Source: a virus
Virus record (IMG/VR): IMGVR_UViG_3300045988_086956
Span: 1 to 33,652 of that record
Direction: 5' to 3' (one strand)
DNA: 33,652 nucleotides
Both the position numbers and the translations under genes were made by a program. Under the pieces are notes generated by a model. That model was given only the letters and a program-made list of their open reading frames with translations, made no database searches and was not told the DNA's origin. This document shows, in pieces, positions 18,259-25,974 of the stretch; the stretch's first letter is position 1, and every line of letters starts with the position of its first letter.

Positions 18259-18437
18259 AACATCACCCCTTTCACTTTAATCGTCAATTTTTTCACCCCT
18301 TTTGTTTTGAAACGCCCCGTATTTGGAAAAAGTTCCTCTCCTCGGTCTCCACGACTTCAAAAAAATTTTTTTCAAGTAGGGGGGGTAAAATTAAAAATCA
18401 AAAATTGAAAATTTCAAAAATCGAAAAAATTAAATTT
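18259..18437. other. Candidate cos / packaging recognition region
   Basis: 179-bp non-coding gap between the HNH and terS genes. Contains a G7 run (18379-18385) and a phased A-tract block (18387-18437). Confidence 0.4.
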
Positions 18438-18800
18438 TTATTTTTTTAGATTTTTGTAAAAATCCAAAAATTCTTTTTTTCGTTTCTTTTGCCAATATAA
18501 TCCTTGACCGACTATCTTATCGTTCGTTCGATCATGAAATGTATTATGAATTTTATTGAGCATTGGCAAACAATTCCATTTTTCAAATTCAAGTTCAGGA
18601 TATTCTGAAACTGGATAAATATGATGAACCATCTCTGCTTGCACTCGCTTGCCATAACGTAAGCTTTCTTGGCATAGATAGTCATGTTCTCTCATAATCC
18701 TATCTCGAAATTTAATCCACTTCTTTGTACGAAGATTTTTTCTAACTTCTTTATAAACCATATATAAAAATATACCAATTTTAACCCTTGAATCTGTCAT
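18438..18800 (-). CDS. HNH endonuclease (packaging-associated)
   Basis: Motif CQESLRYGK...VHHIYPVSEYPE...NKIHNTFHD. Located upstream of terS, as in cos-type HNH phages. Confidence 0.85.
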   Translation of the reverse strand: MTDSRVKIGIFLYMVYKEVRKNLRTKKWIKFRDRIMREHDYLCQESLRYGKRVQAEMVHHIYPVSEYPELEFEKWNCLPMLNKIHNTFHDRTNDKIVGQGLYWQKKRKKEFLDFYKNLKK

Positions 18801-18929
18801 ATCTTATATTGTGTTACTTTCGCTTTTGTTCTTAAAACCTGAATTTAATAAGCTCTAGCGTTGCCCTCAAAAACGAATTTACTCTTGCTTCATTATGTAA
18901 CATAATAGATTTTAAAAAATATAAAATAA

Positions 18930-19472
18930 TCATAATGAAAAATTAGCCATCGTTAAATCTAACTGTTCCTGCCTTATACCAATATAGCGAAGTGTAATAG
19001 CTGGACTAGCGTGATTGAACATTTCCATCAATGTAGCAACATCTTTATATTTTTTATAATAATGATAACCAAACGTTTTTCTCATTGTGTGAGTACCAAC
19101 ATTATCAATTCCCAAATCTTCTGCAGCCGTCTTGATAATAGCATATGCTCCCTGTCTAGTTAGAGGTTGATTCTTTCCTTTTCTACTTTGAAAAAGATAA
19201 TGATGTAGTGGTTTTCCTTCAACGTACTTACGAAGAGCGTTTTTGAGAGGACGTGGCATTTTACGTTTAATAATTTTACCAGTTTTCTTTTCTTTGACGC
19301 GTATATGCCAACCCTGAACATCCTTAACTTTTAGCATAACAATATCACTAATACGAAAACCTGAATTTATACCTACAAGAAAAAGCATATAATTACGCTC
19401 GTTCCACTCCATCAAATAATCTTTCATAGCTTGTATATCATCTTTATCTCGAATAGGTTCTACTAAGTTCAT
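18930..19472 (-). CDS. Minimal tyrosine recombinase (catalytic domain only), a second recombinase in the phage
   Basis: 180 aa with R (GFRISD), K (KKTGKIIKRK), HxxR (HTMRKTF), H (NHASPA) and Y (LRYIG). Strong SD AAAGGTGGTGAGAGG. Confidence 0.8.
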   Translation of the reverse strand: MNLVEPIRDKDDIQAMKDYLMEWNERNYMLFLVGINSGFRISDIVMLKVKDVQGWHIRVKEKKTGKIIKRKMPRPLKNALRKYVEGKPLHHYLFQSRKGKNQPLTRQGAYAIIKTAAEDLGIDNVGTHTMRKTFGYHYYKKYKDVATLMEMFNHASPAITLRYIGIRQEQLDLTMANFSL

Positions 19473-19499
19473 CCTCTCACCACCTTTCTTTGTTACACG

Positions 19500-19525
19500 A
19501 AAAAAGCAGAGTGTGGAATCTCTGC
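19500..19525 (-). terminator. Rho-independent terminator after the ArpU-like gene
   Basis: On the minus strand: GCAGAG-ATTCCACA-CTCTGC followed by TTTTTT. Confidence 0.5.
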
Positions 19526-19597
19526 CTCTTTCGTTTTTATCTCATGGTACTAATTTACCAGATTGTTTCTGTCAATTCTACATATTTTTTTGACAAG

Positions 19598-20104
19598 TTA
19601 TAGATAGAGCAGCTTAGCTAGTGTGTCAAGGATAACTTCACGTCTTCGGTAAATCTGCTTACTGTGTCTATACAAATAACCTGTCTCACCGTTCTCCATG
19701 ATATGCCACACTTGAATCCAGTCATATCTAGTATGCTCTCCCCACCTAAGATAAAAGATTTTCTTATCATCGGGTTCAAGCACATCAAGCAGTTTTGAAA
19801 TGGCTGTTTGAAATTCTTCAAGTTTTAGAATCATTGGATCACTAGAATAATCAACAGCTAAATTTTCAGAAGTATTGATTGAAGTCCCACTGCGACTAGC
19901 TCCTGAATCATCGATGTCTGGCATGGTCAGGTTTTTGACTGCATAGACTCTTTCTAACTCATGACGTCGCTGCCCAATAAGTTTGTCAATTTTTAGATAC
20001 TTAGCCTCAAGTTCAAACTCAAGGAAATCACGTCTTGTCTTACTTGCGGTTTTCTTTGTCAAATTGTTCTCCCCATTTTTTCCAATGTTCAGCTGCATTA
20101 GCAA
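19598..20104 (-). CDS. ArpU-family-like late transcriptional regulator (start uncertain)
   Basis: Last gene of the early/middle block, before the packaging genes. C-terminal part KKIFYLRWGE...IYRRREVILDTLAKLL resembles sigma region-4-like ArpU proteins. Confidence 0.45.
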   Translation of the reverse strand: MLMQLNIGKNGENNLTKKTASKTRRDFLEFELEAKYLKIDKLIGQRRHELERVYAVKNLTMPDIDDSGASRSGTSINTSENLAVDYSSDPMILKLEEFQTAISKLLDVLEPDDKKIFYLRWGEHTRYDWIQVWHIMENGETGYLYRHSKQIYRRREVILDTLAKLLYL

Positions 20105-20261
20105 AGGCTACTGCTAAGTTAGTAAATAAATTACTAAGAGCGGTGCCAACACACATCAATGCCTCACGAATCTGCTCAGGATTTTGAACCAACTGTTCCA
20201 GTTCCTGTTGCTTTTTCAATTTGGCTTCCTTAGTTTTCTTCTTCTTGATTCTTTTGTTCAT
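20040..20261 (-). CDS. Hypothetical protein
   Basis: 73-aa ORF with a basic N-terminus. Overlaps its neighbours. Confidence 0.5.
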   Translation of the reverse strand: MNKRIKKKKTKEAKLKKQQELEQLVQNPEQIREALMCVGTALSNLFTNLAVAFANAAEHWKKWGEQFDKENRK

Positions 20262-20370
20262 TTTTAAAAATTACCCTCCATCCGCTGACTACAATAGCTA
20301 ATAATAGAATTATTAAGCTCGCTATGATAATCATAGCTCCTAAAATTTTGATAATTTCAAGCAATATCAT
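20230..20370 (-). CDS. 46-aa single-pass membrane peptide (not in the ORF track)
   Basis: MILLEIIKILGAMIIIASLIILLLAIVVSGWRVIFKNEQKNQEEEN. SD GAGGTGGGAA. ATGA overlap with the stop of the upstream ORF. Confidence 0.45.
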   Translation of the reverse strand: MILLEIIKILGAMIIIASLIILLLAIVVSGWRVIFKNEQKNQEEEN

Positions 20371-20561
20371 TTCCCACCTCTACATGGACTTTTCATCACA
20401 TTTTCCTTAAAATCTTCAATCTCACGTTTGACCTTGCCCAGAAGATTTCGCTCAACCATTAAATCATGTTCATTCGCACCTTCACGCTGAATATAGTATT
20501 GTAAGGCATGTTTCACAATCTGCATGTGTTTATATTTTAGATACATCCTCTCGCCATCCAT
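20367..20561 (-). CDS. Hypothetical protein
   Basis: 64-aa ORF in the tightly packed early operon. Confidence 0.55.
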   Translation of the reverse strand: MDGERMYLKYKHMQIVKHALQYYIQREGANEHDLMVERNLLGKVKREIEDFKENVMKSPCRGGK

Positions 20562-20791
20562 TTTCTCTTATTCGCTCGCTTAGCCATGTCAGAGCGAGCC
20601 ATTTCGTCCCAGACATAATCTGCATTTTCAAGCATGAGATTCACACATTTGTCTTTTAACTTCTCAATCTCTACCTCTTGCCTTTCGATATCTTTGTAAG
20701 CACGATTGTAAAGCTCATCTTCTAAAAATAGAATTCGCTCAACCATTGCTTCTTGGATGATGATATAGGCTGGTTTCTTATGTTCTGTCAT
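20537..20791 (-). CDS. Hypothetical protein
   Basis: 84-aa ORF in the early operon. Confidence 0.55.
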   Translation of the reverse strand: MTEHKKPAYIIIQEAMVERILFLEDELYNRAYKDIERQEVEIEKLKDKCVNLMLENADYVWDEMARSDMAKRANKRKWMARGCI

Positions 20792-21167
20792 CTAGTACCT
20801 CCATATCAAAATCACTATCAATAAATCTATAGGTCAACTCTGGATTAATTCCATTGCCTAATTTTTGATAGATATGGTAAATTGGGCTTGGACCAAACCT
20901 TTTTCCAAGATATTTTCCTAGAAACTCCGAATTTTTCAAATGAAATAAACGGTTTAATTTTTGGTATTTGAATGGGTTAGTTTTTGCAAAATCTCTGCTA
21001 CACCACATAAATAGTTTTGCGATAATGTCACGTCTTGAGCTAACTCCTTTTAAACTAAAATACGTGTTAGTTTTAGGAATGAGAATAACTTCAAGATTTC
21101 TATTGATGTACGACCCGGGAAAACAAGCCAACAATTTTTGTAATTCATTAAAAAGTTCTTCGTTCAT
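20778..21167 (-). CDS. Hypothetical protein
   Basis: 129-aa ORF downstream of ssb. Confidence 0.6.
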   Translation of the reverse strand: MNEELFNELQKLLACFPGSYINRNLEVILIPKTNTYFSLKGVSSRRDIIAKLFMWCSRDFAKTNPFKYQKLNRLFHLKNSEFLGKYLGKRFGPSPIYHIYQKLGNGINPELTYRFIDSDFDMEVLDDRT

Positions 21168-21182
21168 TTTTCTTTCTCTCCT

Positions 21183-21599
21183 TTAGAACGGTAGATCATC
21201 GTCCGAGATGTCCATTGGCTGGCTATTTTCAAAAGCTGGTGGCATCTGCTCGTCCATGCTGCTATGATTAGCAGATTTGTTGCGACTTTCCAGAAGCTGG
21301 AAATTGTCCGCTACGACTTCTGTAACATAAACACGCTGACCTTGCTGATTTTCATAACTTCTGGTTTGGATTCGTCCAGTAATGCCAATCAACATACCTT
21401 TTCGTGTCCAGTTAGCTAGATTCTCAGCCGACTTCTGCCACATCACACAATTTATAAAATCAGCTTCTCGCTCGCCATCTTGATTTTTAAAATTACGATT
21501 GACAGCCAAGTTGAAAGTCGCGACAGCTACATTTGAGGGCGTATATCGTAGCTCAACATCACGGGTCAAGCGACCAATCAATACAACATTGTTAATCAT
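21183..21599 (-). CDS. ssb: Single-stranded DNA-binding protein
   Basis: OB-fold N-terminus [20 protein letters not shown] and acidic tail ending DDDLPF. Confidence 0.95.
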   Translation of the reverse strand: MINNVVLIGRLTRDVELRYTPSNVAVATFNLAVNRNFKNQDGEREADFINCVMWQKSAENLANWTRKGMLIGITGRIQTRSYENQQGQRVYVTEVVADNFQLLESRNKSANHSSMDEQMPPAFENSQPMDISDDDLPF

Positions 21600-21898
21600 C
21601 GATTACCTCCACCAACTCAGGATTTTCATAAATGTTTCCTGCGATTATTACTTCAACTCCAGCAAATTTGCGTCCAGCCTCAAATTCTTTAAGTGTTATC
21701 GGACTAGTCGGATCCGTTCCTATCAAACACCCCTGTTGATTGCATGAGAGTGACTTCGTCTTGATTGACACTCATTTCCGTCACACGTTCCGCATCACCT
21801 ATTTTGTAAACATCAAGACTATTTTCGTCAAAAAGAATCGCCGACACATTACACATCCATTGCAAAGATGGCATCCAAGCTCTAAATTTCGGTATCAT
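21592..21898 (-). pseudogene. YopX-family gene split by a frameshift
   Basis: N-terminal frame MIPKFRAW...LMQSTGVFDRNG stops at the TAG at 21704-21706. The +1 frame continues [39 protein letters not shown] to 21592. Confidence 0.6.
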
Positions 21899-21900
21899 TG

Positions 21901-22149
21901 TTAAACTCCTCTTCTTTTGGCTTCAGGAAGTGGCATCCAGTACAGTCCTTGAGCGTCATTATCTTCAAGTCCTACGGCATCCTCGTCGAACTCTGTCCAA
22001 GCCTCTAACCAAATTGTTATACCATCGCTAACTAAAATCGTTTCGCCAACATCTGGTACAGGGTATTCCCAAATAAATGTCACATTTTCAGTGAAGAACT
22101 CTCGTTCTTCTTGTGTCAAATCTCTTGTTGAAAATTTATTACACTTCAT
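21901..22149 (-). CDS. Hypothetical protein (ends YWMPLPEAKRRGV)
   Basis: The ATG at 22149, preceded by GGAGGAAGATA, is preferred to the TTG at 22170. Confidence 0.55.
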   Translation of the reverse strand: MKCNKFSTRDLTQEEREFFTENVTFIWEYPVPDVGETILVSDGITIWLEAWTEFDEDAVGLEDNDAQGLYWMPLPEAKRRGV

Positions 22150-22468
22150 TATCTTCCTCCATTGATTCAATCAGCCAATCAAGGTTCTTTCTAGCTTTCT
22201 TCAAATCTTCCAACCCATTCTTCTTCTGATGACGGATCAGATATTTCAAGCTATTTCCGAGATAAAATCCTTTTAGCTGTTCATCTGTCATAAAATTTCT
22301 GAGTATTTCAATAGATTCCATGCCGTATCGCCCTTGGTAATGGCTAGGCTTGTTGACGACATCCTGCTCAATCGTTGTGTGAAATGCTTGATCAGGAAGT
22401 GTTCTGCAAGCCCCAAGCCCACTTTTTTTCAAAGCTAAATCAGCAATTTGTTCACTATAGCATTTCAT
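22139..22468 (-). CDS. DUF3310-like phage protein
   Basis: PSHYQGRYGMESIEIL...GNSLKYLIRHQKKNGLEDLKKARKNLDWL matches the remembered DUF3310 pattern. Confidence 0.65.
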   Translation of the reverse strand: MKCYSEQIADLALKKSGLGACRTLPDQAFHTTIEQDVVNKPSHYQGRYGMESIEILRNFMTDEQLKGFYLGNSLKYLIRHQKKNGLEDLKKARKNLDWLIESMEEDNEV

Positions 22469-22469
22469 T

Positions 22470-22802
22470 TTAATTCCCTCGCCCTTTCAAATAATTTGGA
22501 ATCTCATCACCAACTGAAATGTCATTGTATTGCTCTTCAGTTACCAAAAATTTTCCATAAGCGCCAGCGGTCACAGTATAGTGGCCTTGTATGACTTTCT
22601 TTTCTGTAATCTTGCCAACCATCATACCGCCAGCATTATCAGCTTGATGGATGATAACTGTCTTTTTATCCTCTTTTTTCTTCATTTGTTTTTCTAATTT
22701 TTCAATTTGAGGTTTGTAGTAATGCTTTGCTGCTATAAGACCTAGATTAAACATTGATAGCGACAAAGCAATGAGAGCCAGATAAAGTCCTTTCGATTTC
22801 AT
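22470..22802 (-). CDS. Membrane-anchored or secreted hypothetical protein
   Basis: N-terminal hydrophobic segment LYLALIALSLSMFNLGLIAA. GGAGG RBS. Confidence 0.6.
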   Translation of the reverse strand: MKSKGLYLALIALSLSMFNLGLIAAKHYYKPQIEKLEKQMKKKEDKKTVIIHQADNAGGMMVGKITEKKVIQGHYTVTAGAYGKFLVTEEQYNDISVGDEIPNYLKGRGN

Positions 22803-23293
22803 CCCAAATCCGCCTCCTTCACAAATACCCCATCAATCATTTTGCCCTTTCGGTCCTTGATTTCATTGTATGCAAGCTGCAAGCAACTATCTGCTGTGGT
22901 CAGATTGTGGATTGCGACAGCATGGATGGATGAATGCAATGATAGCAATTCAGGCCGAATAAACGGCAACTGTGTTTCGCTATGAAAGATATGCTTGTGA
23001 AGCTTCAGAGCCAATTCTCCCAAACTAGAAGCTAAAAGTAAAAGCTCCATTTCCTGCGGACTAGCTTCAATCTCAGCACCATTCTTAATCTGTTGCTCAA
23101 GACCAATCAGCACCACTTGCATGTCTCCCAGAGCATCTTTGATAAAAGCAGGCTTGTCTTTGGCAATTCCTTCAAATAGCTCACCAGCTTCTTCCATCAG
23201 TTTTTCAAATTGCTTGACTGGATTTGCCTCATGTAGATTGCGGTCGATAAACCACTGTTCAATATTTTCTTCAAGTGTCATTATTTTAGTCAT
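22799..23293 (-). CDS. MazG-like nucleotide pyrophosphohydrolase
   Basis: EEAGELFEGI...DALGDMQVVLIGL motif pair. Start taken at the ATG at 23293. Confidence 0.6.
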   Translation of the reverse strand: MTKIMTLEENIEQWFIDRNLHEANPVKQFEKLMEEAGELFEGIAKDKPAFIKDALGDMQVVLIGLEQQIKNGAEIEASPQEMELLLLASSLGELALKLHKHIFHSETQLPFIRPELLSLHSSIHAVAIHNLTTADSCLQLAYNEIKDRKGKMIDGVFVKEADLG

Positions 23294-23468
23294 TTTCAAT
23301 TCCCCATTCTTTTGCTAAAATTTCTCTGTACCAATCAGTGTATCCGATATTGATAATTGTTTCTTCGTTGACAATGTCGGTTTCAATCAAAGCATCTAGT
23401 GCATCTGCCTTAGCCATCATCAGGTTCCCCTCCTTTATTGGCAATGTCATCATTTGTTCTTTAGTCAT
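23286..23468 (-). CDS. Hypothetical protein (60 aa)
   Basis: The internal ATG at 23468 has a GGAGGA RBS and an ATGACTAA overlap with the upstream stop. The longer track ORF is rejected. Confidence 0.5.
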   Translation of the reverse strand: MTKEQMMTLPIKEGNLMMAKADALDALIETDIVNEETIINIGYTDWYREILAKEWGIEND

Positions 23469-23718
23469 TTTGTTTTTCCTCCGTTTCAACAAATTTCTTA
23501 TAACTCTTCCAGAAATCGTCGAAATTCCCAGAAATGGGCAATTCTCCATAATGCACATAGCATTGAATGGCTTCCTCTAAATTATCGCTGTTATCAGCAC
23601 AAAAAGGTACATTCCTTAGTTCATAATCTTTACAGATTTCTGATAATCGTCTTTCAATCAATAATTGGCTAGCTCGTGCCTCTTTTAGTTTTTTTGTAAA
23701 ATCGTTTCTGTTTAACAT
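23461..23718 (-). CDS. Hypothetical protein
   Basis: 85-aa ORF after the methyltransferase gene. Confidence 0.55.
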   Translation of the reverse strand: MLNRNDFTKKLKEARASQLLIERRLSEICKDYELRNVPFCADNSDNLEEAIQCYVHYGELPISGNFDDFWKSYKKFVETEEKQND

Positions 23719-23729
23719 ACAATCTCTTT

Positions 23730-24404
23730 CTAAAATAATTTAATTTGCATTTTATAGGCTTCAAGTCGTTGTTTAGCTAAATCGAAGATATTCTTATCCA
23801 ATTCACAACCAACATAATCAAATCCTAATTCTTCATAAGCAATCAAGCTACTTGCTGACCCAACGTGAGTGTCAAGTATCTTGTCTCCTTTTTTTGCATA
23901 GGATTGTAGTAGCCAAAGATAAAGATTGACTGGTTTTTGTGTTGGATGAATCCTAACTTCATTAAGAGCTTTATTTCCTTGTTGAATATGACCTTCTGAT
24001 ATTGACTTACCTTGCATCATGCCATTCCACATATAGCGAAACAATCTCACGCTGTCATGGAAACTGCAGTAAGCTAGTTCACAGTCTGAAAAGCTAGATT
24101 GTCCGTTGACCTTGTCCCATACAATACGACCAGAGCCAAAAGAGTAGTCATAGTAATTCACACCCCAAATAATTTGATTTTTTGAAACCCTTAAAAGTTC
24201 ATCAAAATAGTTCTTATTTGGGACTTGCCACTCTAATGTTTGACCGTATAATCGCTGAACACCTATCGGACTTATTTTTCGTCCATAGTATTTTCGCTTT
24301 TCTGGCCCACTGAAGTACGGTGGATCAACAATAGCAAGGTCGAAATAATCATCTGGATATTGACGCATGACATTAAGACAATCAGCGTTGATAAATTTAC
24401 TCAT
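23730..24404 (-). CDS. DNA N6-adenine (or N4-cytosine) methyltransferase, orphan
   Basis: IVDPPY catalytic motif near the N-terminus and a later DTHVGSAS SAM-binding-like motif. No endonuclease gene nearby. Confidence 0.85.
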   Translation of the reverse strand: MSKFINADCLNVMRQYPDDYFDLAIVDPPYFSGPEKRKYYGRKISPIGVQRLYGQTLEWQVPNKNYFDELLRVSKNQIIWGVNYYDYSFGSGRIVWDKVNGQSSFSDCELAYCSFHDSVRLFRYMWNGMMQGKSISEGHIQQGNKALNEVRIHPTQKPVNLYLWLLQSYAKKGDKILDTHVGSASSLIAYEELGFDYVGCELDKNIFDLAKQRLEAYKMQIKLF

Positions 24405-25225
24405 CAATACCTCCTATCTTCCATTTCTTGCGGATAGACAAAGCTATTCCCCGTCACTCCCTCTAAAATTCGACTAGAAAGAGCGCCGTTTCCATAATCG
24501 TCCGCATACAAAAGCTTGATTTCCTTGCTTGTCAGATTTGTATTGATAATCGTATTACTGCGATTATCCAAAATCTCATACAGAATCTGATGTGCCCACT
24601 CGTTGTTGCGAGTGTCAGCCTTTCGACTCTCTTTGCCGAGGTCATCTAAAAACAGATAATCCACCTTTGACAGTAACTCTACCATCTCAGCTTGTGAGTA
24701 GCCGTTATCACTATTAAAACTCTCTTTGATTTTTGTAAAGAGAGTGATAAGCGACACAAAAAGTACCGACTTTGGATTTTCATAGGCCTTGAATTGCTCA
24801 TTCATCCACTTGGCTAAGCCATAAGTCAGATGACTCTTTCCAACTCCTGATGGACCAGTCACAATCGCATTTCCTGTCCCGCCTAACCTGTAAAACTGCT
24901 CCATCCGCTTTGCAAAATTCAAAGCATGCTGGTCAATCTCATCTTTGATCTCGTAATTGTCAAGACTCTTCGCTTTCAGTTTATCTGATACCAGATTGTC
25001 TCTGTCAAAGACCGCATAAGTATCTGCGAGCTTGCTATTGATTTTGCTCTGACTATTTAGCTTGCTTTCAAAAATGTTTATGGCTGCCTTTGTGCATTTA
25101 GGACATTGCTTCAATTCTTCCAGCCTTCCTTTTATCGGTACCTTTGTCAACCACAGTTGGCAACCGTGTACCTCACAAGTCTCGTCCAAAACCTGTTTAG
25201 TTTCAAAATTCTTAAAAGGATTCAT
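24404..25225 (-). CDS. DnaC/IstB-like AAA+ helicase loader
   Basis: Walker A GPSGVGKSH and Walker B LFLDDLG. N-terminal Cys cluster. Confidence 0.8.
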   Translation of the reverse strand: MNPFKNFETKQVLDETCEVHGCQLWLTKVPIKGRLEELKQCPKCTKAAINIFESKLNSQSKINSKLADTYAVFDRDNLVSDKLKAKSLDNYEIKDEIDQHALNFAKRMEQFYRLGGTGNAIVTGPSGVGKSHLTYGLAKWMNEQFKAYENPKSVLFVSLITLFTKIKESFNSDNGYSQAEMVELLSKVDYLFLDDLGKESRKADTRNNEWAHQILYEILDNRSNTIINTNLTSKEIKLLYADDYGNGALSSRILEGVTGNSFVYPQEMEDRRY

Positions 25226-25974
25226 CAAAAACCCAACCTTTCATCAACTGCACAAGCAAAGTTTCTCTTACTTTTTCGTGATTGCTGATTGACATAATTT
25301 TCAAATTTAGAACCAAATAAGGTTACAGGTCTTAAAAACTTAGCAAAGTCAGTTCCTTTCCACTCGTAAGCTTTGACATCAATAACGTGTTTAAAGTCAT
25401 CTATCGTGTAACCTTCTGATAATCTCGCATTGATATGCTTTTGAGTAGCTTGTGAGCTAGCTGAAAATCTAGTTCCAACAGCTTGATTAAGATAGTCAAT
25501 GACTTCTTTAACCACAACTATATTATTATTCTTATCAGTCTTATTCTTATCAGTCTTTATTGTCTGAACTTTTTGAGGGTCGAGAGCCGTATTTTTTGCG
25601 GTTCTGTCTCCCAAATTTTGCGGTTCAAAGCTCGTTTTAGGACCTTTGATATAGAGACGATTCGGTTTTGTTAGTCCCTGTCTTTCTTCGTATAGAAGTT
25701 CGGCTTCTTTCAGCTCTTTTTTAGTTTTAGTTACGGTATTTTCCGAGCAACCCAATTCCTCACAAAATTCCGCATTTGTAAAGTACATAAAGACCTGACC
25801 TTTTGAATCGTGCCAAGCATTGCTTAAAGACAATCCTAGCCGATTAAAAAGCATGGCATACATGAGTTTGGCATTGCTTGATAGACTCTTATATGGCTCT
25901 TTAAAGAGCCATTTGGGCATCTGGATATACTGGTACTTCTCGACTTCTTTTTTAAAAAATGTCTCAGTCATCAT
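25225..25974 (-). CDS. Replication initiator / replisome organiser (RepA_N-like N-terminus, conserved phage C-terminal domain)
   Basis: YIQMPKWLF...AKLMYAMLFNRL at the N-terminus. C-terminus VIDYLNQ..GTRF...INARL..GYT..DF..VI. Lies between the helicase and loader genes. Confidence 0.7.
   Translation of the reverse strand: MMTETFFKKEVEKYQYIQMPKWLFKEPYKSLSSNAKLMYAMLFNRLGLSLSNAWHDSKGQVFMYFTNAEFCEELGCSENTVTKTKKELKEAELLYEERQGLTKPNRLYIKGPKTSFEPQNLGDRTAKNTALDPQKVQTIKTDKNKTDKNNNIVVVKEVIDYLNQAVGTRFSASSQATQKHINARLSEGYTIDDFKHVIDVKAYEWKGTDFAKFLRPVTLFGSKFENYVNQQSRKSKRNFACAVDERLGF
25526..25555. repeat. Perfect 15-bp tandem repeat x2 (TTATTCTTATCAGTC) inside the initiator gene, candidate ori iterons
   Basis: Read directly. 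A degenerate third unit follows at 25556-25564. Encodes KTDKN KTDKN in the interdomain linker. Confidence 0.6.

Noticed and set aside
18246-18449. 67-aa plus-strand ORF across the HNH-terS gap
   Set aside because: Its low-complexity Lys/Phe-rich translation comes from the A/T tracts, and it has no RBS. The region is better explained as a cos/packaging signal.
14426-25292. Nested or alternative-frame track ORFs (14426-14617, 14826-15131, 16084-16603, 17364-17950, 19618-19821, 20968-21186, 21499-21747, 23121-23672, 25062-25292, 25483-25674, 25820-26029, 7034-7219, 28504-28689, 32582-32902)
   Set aside because: All lie inside or antisense to genes with clear family motifs, and all lack ribosome-binding sites.
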